Source: an uncultured Candidatus Saccharibacteria bacterium
GTDB lineage: Bacteria > Patescibacteriota > Minisyncoccia > Minisyncoccales > Staskawiczbacteraceae
DNA: 64,000 bases
NCBI GenBank assembly: GCA_964424305.1
Contig: CAYRHW010000005.1
Location: forward strand, 5,746-69,745
Direction: 5' to 3'
Shown here: positions 58,427 through 64,000 of the stretch, in pieces
Layout of the letters: every line of letters starts with the position of its first letter
Numbering within the stretch: the stretch's first letter is position 1
Made by a program: the position numbers and the translations under genes
The notes under the pieces: generated by a model
What the model was told of the DNA's origin: nothing
Seen by the model: the letters and a program-made list of their open reading frames with translations, nothing else
The model's database searches: none

Positions 58427-59893
58427 TTATTTTAAAAGTTTTTCAAGCAGCTTGTGTACTATTGCTGGATTTGCCCTTCCCTTAGTCGCGGCCATTACTT
58501 GGCCTGCTAAAAACTGTAGAGCATTTTTGGCACCACTCCTATAATCCTCCACTGGTTTTGGATTTTTCTCTATTACTCCCCTAACTATATTTTCAATTTC
58601 TGTCTCATCGCTTACTTGTCCTAATCCCCCTTTTTCTATTATATTTGACGGATCTCCTCCAATTTTGACCATTGTTGATAAAACATCCTTCGCGGTTTTA
58701 CTTGTTATCTTCCCACTATTAACTAAACTCACAAATTCCCCGAAGTTTTCTGGTGATATTTTGAACTCTTTCTCGACAAATGCTTTGCCACCCAGTATTC
58801 CCTGGACATCGGTGAGTAAATAGTTGGCTGAAGCTTTGATCAAATCCTTAAAATCTGAACTTTTTGCTTCACTTTTTAATTCGCTAACTGTTTTTTCAAA
58901 ATATTCACTTAAATCCCGGTTATCAACAAAAATTTCAGTAGATTTTGGGCCTAAACCGTACTCTTTTTCAAATCTATGGCGCTTTTCTGCCGGCAATTCT
59001 GGAATTTCAGCACGAATGCTGTTAATAAGTTGTGGGTCGATTATTACGGGCGGTAAATCAGGCTCTGGGAAGTACCTATAATCATGCGCTTCTTCCTTTT
59101 TTCTTTGAGAGAAGGTCTCTCCCCCACCATCATCCCAGCCACGGGTCTCCTGGATAACCTTTTCTTTGTTTTTTAAAACTTCCGTCTGCCTCTTTATCTC
59201 ATAATCAACTGCTTTTTCGGCAGATCTGAAGGAATTTAAGTTTTTGATCTCAACCTTAGTCCCCAGTTTCTTAGTAGCACTTAAGCTTATGTTCACCTCT
59301 ACCCTCATTTGACCTTTTTCCATGTCAGCGTCAGAAACTCCCAAATATCTCAGAATTGATTGCAACTCCTCAGCAAAACGCCTCACTTCCAACCCCGATT
59401 CTAAATCCGGTTCCGTTACTAATTCCATTAACGGGATACCAGCCCGGTTATAATCCACCAAGGAATATTCTTCCCCATCTGGGTGTATTAATCTTCCCGT
59501 GTCTTCCTCTAGGTGAATCCTTGTTATCCTTATCGTTTTTGAATCTGCTTTAGAAAAATCATGGGAAACTGGAATTTCTAACTTACCTTGTTGGCAGAAT
59601 GGTTTATCATATTGAGAAATTTGGTACCCCTTCGGTAAATCTGGGTAAAAATAGTTTTTACGATCAAATTTTGATTCTGCTAAAATATTGCAACCTAAAG
59701 CAATACCAGTTTTAATAACTTTTTTTATTGCTTCTTTATTGGCAGTGGGAAGAGTTCCTGGGTGTCCCATGCAAATTGGGCAAACGTTAAAGTTAGCCTG
59801 TTTCTCATCGGGATCATTCTTACATGAGCAAAACATTTTTGAATTTGTTTTAAGCTCAACGTGAATTTCTAAACCAATTGTGGGTTTTAACAT
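58427..59893 (-). CDS. gatB: Asp/Glu-tRNA(Asn/Gln) amidotransferase subunit B
   Basis: Begins MLKPTIGLEIHVELKTNSKMFCSC and contains PICMGHPGTLP, a RYFPEPDLPP-type motif and a C-terminal YqeY-like tail. Confidence 0.9.
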   Translation of the reverse strand: MLKPTIGLEIHVELKTNSKMFCSCKNDPDEKQANFNVCPICMGHPGTLPTANKEAIKKVIKTGIALGCNILAESKFDRKNYFYPDLPKGYQISQYDKPFCQQGKLEIPVSHDFSKADSKTIRITRIHLEEDTGRLIHPDGEEYSLVDYNRAGIPLMELVTEPDLESGLEVRRFAEELQSILRYLGVSDADMEKGQMRVEVNISLSATKKLGTKVEIKNLNSFRSAEKAVDYEIKRQTEVLKNKEKVIQETRGWDDGGGETFSQRKKEEAHDYRYFPEPDLPPVIIDPQLINSIRAEIPELPAEKRHRFEKEYGLGPKSTEIFVDNRDLSEYFEKTVSELKSEAKSSDFKDLIKASANYLLTDVQGILGGKAFVEKEFKISPENFGEFVSLVNSGKITSKTAKDVLSTMVKIGGDPSNIIEKGGLGQVSDETEIENIVRGVIEKNPKPVEDYRSGAKNALQFLAGQVMAATKGRANPAIVHKLLEKLLK

Positions 59894-59895
59894 AA

Positions 59896-60384
59896 TTATT
59901 TCTCAAAAACGACAAATGATAAATCATACGGATTATCATTATCGGCTGGCCTATCTGTTCTTTTAGCTTCTTTGTACGCAGAAAAATCAATTTCCGGAAA
60001 GAAAGTATCTGCCTCAAAGTCGTGATGGATAAAGGTAATGTATAAACGATTAGCTATTGGTAAAAATTGCTTGTAAACCATCAACCCCCCGCATATCATT
60101 ACCTCTTCCTGATCCTTCACCATCTCTATCAATTCGCCGATTGATCTTGCCACCTGACAATTTTCAGGAGTTTGATAATTTGGATCGTTATTCAGAATTA
60201 TCGTCTTTCTACCTGGTAGGGGTTTGCCACCAATTGAATCAAAAGTCCTCTGCCCCATAACAATAGTCTTGCCGAGCGTGTTTTGTTTAAAATATGCCAG
60301 ATCAGCTGGCAGATTCCATGGCAACTTATTATTAAGCCCGATGGCTCTATTATCAGCTATTGCTACTATTATTGAAATGATCAT
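59896..60384 (-). CDS. folA: dihydrofolate reductase
   Basis: Begins MIISIIVAIADNRAIGLNNKLPWNLPADLAYFKQNTLGKTIVMGQRTFDSIG. It overlaps the thyA stop by 4 nt. Confidence 0.9.
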   Translation of the reverse strand: MIISIIVAIADNRAIGLNNKLPWNLPADLAYFKQNTLGKTIVMGQRTFDSIGGKPLPGRKTIILNNDPNYQTPENCQVARSIGELIEMVKDQEEVMICGGLMVYKQFLPIANRLYITFIHHDFEADTFFPEIDFSAYKEAKRTDRPADNDNPYDLSFVVFEK

Positions 60385-61205
60385 ACTGCCATTGGGGCGC
60401 TAATACCCGGGTGAGATTGATAATCAATCAACTTAATATCATCCATCTTAAAATCATCGATGTTCTTAATCTCCGGATTAAGCCACAATTTCGGTAAAGC
60501 CATCGGCTTTCTTGCAAGTTGTTCTTTAACTTGATCAAAATGATTTAAATATATATGGGCGTCTCCCAATGTATGGACAAACTCCCAGGCTTTTAACCCT
60601 GTGACCTGAGCGACCATATGTAGCAACAAAGAATATGAGGCGATATTAAACGGGACGCCCAAAAATGTATCACAGCTCCTCTGATACATGTATAGAGATA
60701 ATTTGCCCTCTACTGAAAAGAAATGGAAAAGAAGATGGCATGGGGGCAGGGCCATCATATCAATCTCAGCTGGATTCCAGGCAGTAACGATTAGTCTCCT
60801 ATCATGGGGATTCTTTTTTATCCCCTCGATTACTTTAGCGATTTGATCAATTGGTACATCGCTATATGGTGATTTCCATTTTCTCCACTGGACCCCATAA
60901 ACACGTCCCAAATCCCCCTCAAACTTGGCTTTTGGTTTCCAGTAATCAGCATTAGCATTACCATCCCAAATATGGCACCCTAATTTTTGTAATTCTTTAT
61001 TATCGCTACTCCCCGTTAAGAACCAAAGCAACTCTGCTTTCACTTGGTTAAAGGCTAATTTCTTTGTGGTAACTGCTGGGAACCCATCTTCCATGTTGTA
61101 TCGCGTAGTTACCCCAAAATATGCTCTGGAACCAATTCCGGTCCTGTCTGGCCTATCAATCCCCTTCTCTAATATTAATTTTAATATATCGAGATACTTT
61201 TCCAT
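60381..61205 (-). CDS. thyA: thymidylate synthase (ThyA type)
   Basis: Contains DRTGIGS, GVQWRKW, DRRLIVTAWNP, the active site ALPPCH, SCDTFLGVPFNIASY and GDAHIY. Confidence 0.95.
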   Translation of the reverse strand: MEKYLDILKLILEKGIDRPDRTGIGSRAYFGVTTRYNMEDGFPAVTTKKLAFNQVKAELLWFLTGSSDNKELQKLGCHIWDGNANADYWKPKAKFEGDLGRVYGVQWRKWKSPYSDVPIDQIAKVIEGIKKNPHDRRLIVTAWNPAEIDMMALPPCHLLFHFFSVEGKLSLYMYQRSCDTFLGVPFNIASYSLLLHMVAQVTGLKAWEFVHTLGDAHIYLNHFDQVKEQLARKPMALPKLWLNPEIKNIDDFKMDDIKLIDYQSHPGISAPMAV

Positions 61206-61816
61206 TAAAGTAGCTTTGAAATTATGTCTTTTACCTGATTAAATACCTCGGGGATTGTTTTCTCTCCGTCTATGATCACTACATTTTCTATCTTGCCGGG
61301 TAGGATTTCGTAGGTTTTCCAAACTTTAGCTAATTTCTCTTGTTTCTCAAAAAGTGTTTTTGCAGTTCCCCTCTTCTCTATCCTATCAATACAAACCTCT
61401 GGCCTTACTTTTAGAATAATGGCTTGGTCGGGTAATAAAAAGTTATCATTAATTTTGATAAGCCAGTCTAGGTCTAACCCGTCTGAAGAGCCGTAGGCAA
61501 ATGTTGAAAGAAAATATCTGTCAGATATTACCCACTTTCCTTCTTTTAATGCGGGGATAATAACTTTCTCTAAATGCTCTCTTCGGTCCTCTGACATTAA
61601 CTCCTGTATCTCCTGGGGTTCAACTTTAACCTTTTGATCTAATATTTCTCTTAACTTTTTTCCTGCTTCAGATTCCTTTGTCGGCTCTTTGGTCATCACA
61701 ACCCCAAACCCCCTCTCTGTTAAGAAATCTTTTAAGAGAACCATTTGAGTAGATTGCCCAGATCCATCTAGGCTATCAAAAACAATGAATTTACCAGGGT
61801 ATGTATTTTTAATCAT
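61205..61816 (-). CDS. tmk: thymidylate kinase
   Basis: Contains the P-loop region FIVFDSLDGSGQST and the DRY motif (ISDRYFLSTFAY). Its stop overlaps the thyA start (TAATG). Confidence 0.85.
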   Translation of the reverse strand: MIKNTYPGKFIVFDSLDGSGQSTQMVLLKDFLTERGFGVVMTKEPTKESEAGKKLREILDQKVKVEPQEIQELMSEDRREHLEKVIIPALKEGKWVISDRYFLSTFAYGSSDGLDLDWLIKINDNFLLPDQAIILKVRPEVCIDRIEKRGTAKTLFEKQEKLAKVWKTYEILPGKIENVVIIDGEKTIPEVFNQVKDIISKLL

Positions 61817-61879
61817 GTTTTCTTATTAGTTTAAATATTGTATCACAACCAAATCTTCAAAAAAAGAGGGTAAAAAATT

Positions 61880-61907
61880 ATTGACACAGCACATCAATTC
61901 TATATAA
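61880..61907 (+). promoter_or_regulatory. sigma70-type promoter of the dCTP deaminase-like gene
   Basis: TTGACA (61880-61885), a 16-nt spacer, then TATAAT (61902-61907). Confidence 0.55.
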
Positions 61908-61963
61908 TAAAGGATCTTTTCAATTAGTAATGTATTTTGACAATCAACAGAAAGGAGCCTCCT

Positions 61964-62641
61964 ATGAGACCCCCGATGCGATCGCTTTTGAGCACAGCCC
62001 AAATCCTCCGCCATATAAAGCTGGGGAACATATTTATCTCCCCATTTGTGCGTCCGAACCTCAAAACAACGAGCTACGACGTAAGATTGGGAGAAAACTT
62101 TTTCCAGGAACAACCATTCAGGACATCTCTCCGCAGAATTTTCAATCCGTTTAACCCGAGTGACATCGCCAGATACTGGGGCAAACCCCAGAAGGCGATG
62201 TTGGCCAGCGATTGGACAAAAGAAAACGGACCACTGGAAAACATCCGACCCGATGACAGGATTATTATACTGGGCCCAGGAGAAACGGTTCTGGCCCATA
62301 CTGAAGAGTTCATCGGTGGTAGAAATTGCGTCACTACAGAAATGAGAGCCAGAAGCTCCATGGGGAGAATTGGTATTACGGTATGTAAATGCGCGGGCTG
62401 GGGAGACCTGGGATTTTGCAACCGTTGGACAATGGAAATGTCTAACCATCTAAAAGACACTCCCGTGATCCTGGTTGTTGGCATGCGAGTTGCCCAAATG
62501 GCCTTTTACCAAGTTGACCCCTTAGCAGGATCTTATGTCGGAACAGGCGGCCAATATCAGGCTACCGACGATACAGAAAAAATGATTGCTGAATGGTCTC
62601 CGCAATCAATGTTGCCCAAATTCTCAAGGGAAAACTACTAA
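61964..62641 (+). CDS. dcd: dCTP deaminase / dUTPase-superfamily protein (GC-richer than flanks)
   Basis: Start at ATG 61964 with AAAGGAG 6 nt upstream. Contains ILRHIKLGNIFISPF, SYDVRLG, and a RSSMGRIGI...AGWGDLGF...WTMEM pattern typical of Dcd. Confidence 0.7.
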   Translation: MRPPMRSLLSTAQILRHIKLGNIFISPFVRPNLKTTSYDVRLGENFFQEQPFRTSLRRIFNPFNPSDIARYWGKPQKAMLASDWTKENGPLENIRPDDRIIILGPGETVLAHTEEFIGGRNCVTTEMRARSSMGRIGITVCKCAGWGDLGFCNRWTMEMSNHLKDTPVILVVGMRVAQMAFYQVDPLAGSYVGTGGQYQATDDTEKMIAEWSPQSMLPKFSRENY

Positions 62642-62658
62642 TAGCTATTTAAAACATC

Positions 62659-62691
62659 AAAAAAGCCATGCTTTCGAGCAAGGCTTTTTTC
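62659..62691. terminator. bidirectional rho-independent terminator between the convergent dcd and dCMP deaminase genes
   Basis: AAAAA-AGCCATGCT-TTCG-AGCAAGGCT-TTTTTT. Confidence 0.7.
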
Positions 62692-62698
62692 ATTTCTC

Positions 62699-63268
62699 TT
62701 ATTTATTATCTCCTAAATTCTCTTTTATATTCTGATCTGTCCCATACTGATATTTATCATCCAAAATATCCCCTTGCTTCCATTCTTCAACCCAATCTTT
62801 AACATAGAATATTTGGAAACCTCCATCTTTCTTCGAGCAAACAATTCTATTAAGACCAGCATTAATTATCATTTTTTTACAGATATAGCATGGGAAGGCA
62901 TCAACTCTTTCTCCAGTTTTTCCGTTCTCTGCATAGATGTATAGGGTTCCGTCTAATAGGCTTACTCCGGCCCTTGCTGCGTTTATTATGGCATTCATCT
63001 CTGCATGGGCACTTCTACAAATCTCGTACTGTGTACCATGGGGGATTTTTAGCTTATCTCGCAAACAATACCCTCTTTCAAGGCAATCTTTTGTTCCCCT
63101 TGGAGCCCCTACATAACCCGTAGCAATTATCTGATCCCCTTTTAATATGATGGTGCCGTATTTAGCTCTATAGCAAGTCCCTCTTTGAGAGATCTCTTTG
63201 GCGATATTTAAAAAATATTGATCTTTTGGCGGTCGCTTTTGTCCCTGTGCGTTTTGTTGTTCTTCCAT
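62699..63268 (-). CDS. deoxycytidylate (dCMP) deaminase
   Basis: Zinc motifs HAEMNAI and PCYICKKMI, plus GYVGAPRG. Confidence 0.85.
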   Translation of the reverse strand: MEEQQNAQGQKRPPKDQYFLNIAKEISQRGTCYRAKYGTIILKGDQIIATGYVGAPRGTKDCLERGYCLRDKLKIPHGTQYEICRSAHAEMNAIINAARAGVSLLDGTLYIYAENGKTGERVDAFPCYICKKMIINAGLNRIVCSKKDGGFQIFYVKDWVEEWKQGDILDDKYQYGTDQNIKENLGDNK

Positions 63269-63328
63269 AGAAATTATATAGTTTTTTATAACCCCATATT
63301 ACCACTACATTTTTACGGGTGCAAATTT

Positions 63329-63448
63329 AAACAAACAGCCCCGCGTTAACGGGGCTGTTTTGACACTTAATCTACAATGTCTACTCCCATGTTTCTCGCA
63401 GTCCCCAAAATAAAGATTGTTGCTTAAAAACTAGTACTTCTATCTTGT
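63329..63448 (-). ncRNA. candidate ~120-nt cis-regulatory leader or small RNA (promoter-to-terminator unit with no ORF)
   Basis: It is bounded by the promoter at 63455-63482 and by the terminator CAGCCCCG-TTAACG-CGGGGCTG plus TTTGTTT (63329-63357). The upstream segment UUUUGGGGACUG (63399-63410) can pair with the 5' arm of the terminator, which gives an anti-terminator option. Confidence 0.35.
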
Positions 63449-63454
63449 TTACTA

Positions 63455-63482
63455 ATTATACTCCGGCAAGAGGCCGTGTCAA
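63455..63482 (-). promoter_or_regulatory. sigma70-type promoter directly after the DUF134 stop codon
   Basis: Minus strand reads TTGACA (63477-63482), a 16-nt spacer, then TATAAT (63455-63460). Confidence 0.5.
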
Positions 63483-63483
63483 A

Positions 63484-63759
63484 TTATTTTATTATCTTAA
63501 TGGCCTTTCCCTCTATCAAAGCTTCTGTGATTTTTTTATATGCCGAAGATAAAATTCTCTGAAAGGTGCTTTGGGAAGTATTCATTTTTTTCGCCGCCTC
63601 TTCTTGTTCTAAGTCTTTTATATTTCTTAATCTCAAAGCCTCTACCTCTTCTGTAGTTAGCTCAACTATTTCTAGCTCTCTTATCGGTACTCCTTGAGGT
63701 TTGAAATAAGTTATATTTGGATTAAATTCTATTCTTCTACAAAGTCTTGGTCTTGTCAT
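63484..63759 (-). CDS. DUF134/UPF0251-family putative DNA-binding protein
   Basis: Begins MTRPRLCRRIEFNPNITYFKPQGVP...ELTTEEVEALRLRNIKDLEQEEAAKKMNTSQSTFQRIL, a sigma-70 region-4-like HTH. Confidence 0.7.
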   Translation of the reverse strand: MTRPRLCRRIEFNPNITYFKPQGVPIRELEIVELTTEEVEALRLRNIKDLEQEEAAKKMNTSQSTFQRILSSAYKKITEALIEGKAIKIIK

Positions 63760-63765
63760 AAAGTT

Positions 63766-64000
63766 TTACTTACAAATGTTAATTACCTTCTCTTCTTGCT
63801 CATAAGGAACAAGCGGTCTAATTTTTTCTTGTGTATATGGATTGTTTTTGTTTGTCGGAATTTGCCATAGAGGGATAGTCCAATCCGATTTTTCCATAAA
63901 TTCGTCTAAATTTTCCCAATTGATATCAGCGTTATCCCAAAAATCAATCCACATATCATTCCATTGTTTTAAATTACCTCCGATATAAGTATGTGACACC
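63766..64000 (-). CDS. hypothetical protein; the N-terminus may lie beyond the window end
   Basis: The track ORF reaches the window edge (a GTG at 63999 is only a possible start). It is Trp/Asp/Asn-rich with no recognised motif. Confidence 0.4.
   Translation of the reverse strand, partial: VSHTYIGGNLKQWNDMWIDFWDNADINWENLDEFMEKSDWTIPLWQIPTNKNNPYTQEKIRPLVPYEQEEKVINICK

Noticed and set aside
63367-63390. 7-codon mini-ORF (ATGGGAGTAGACATTGTAGATTAA, minus strand) inside the candidate leader RNA
   Set aside because: It has no Shine-Dalgarno sequence and is too short to support as a coding or leader-peptide feature from sequence alone.

Overview
This window looks like an AT-rich, small-genome bacterium with Candidate Phyla Radiation (Patescibacteria)-like gene content; that lineage call is inference. 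The backbone is compact housekeeping, mostly on the minus strand. It includes a membrane-anchored Clp ATPase, rplJ-rplL, mltG, pcm, two ABC export systems with a MarR regulator, and a DEAD-box helicase. It also carries dinB, csp, rpmG, trmD, khpA-like, rpsP, rnc, nusB, rpmF, rnhB and dnaE. Further along are thrS, miaB-miaA, gatB and a tmk-thyA-folA operon with dCMP and dCTP deaminases. The backbone also encodes many secreted Cys-rich proteins, a serpin and a Kazal-domain protein. The standard genetic code fits. There are four tRNA genes: Val-CAC, Trp-CCA, Tyr-GTA and Thr-GGT. The Thr gene is split by a ~201-nt group I intron and sits next to a free-standing LAGLIDADG-like gene. The most striking pattern is seven visibly GC-richer islands; GC was judged by eye, not computed. 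Each island is a complete promoter-RBS-ORF-terminator cassette with no mobility genes. The largest block (~21.7-34.8 kb) has three parts. First is an SPFH lipoprotein operon. Second are two paralogous Cys-rich mini-genes of unknown family. Third is a purine-nucleotide gene set: a purC-purE fusion, a purM-like gene, guaB-purA, purH and guaA-pgpA. Other candidates are an orphan promoter-to-terminator unit upstream of dCMP deaminase (riboswitch or sRNA candidate), three small 2-TM protein cassettes, and a 14-bp inverted repeat in front of a GC-rich orphan gene. I saw no CRISPR array, cas gene, reverse transcriptase, integrase or transposase. All calls come from reading the sequence and ORF track only; no searches or folding programs were run.
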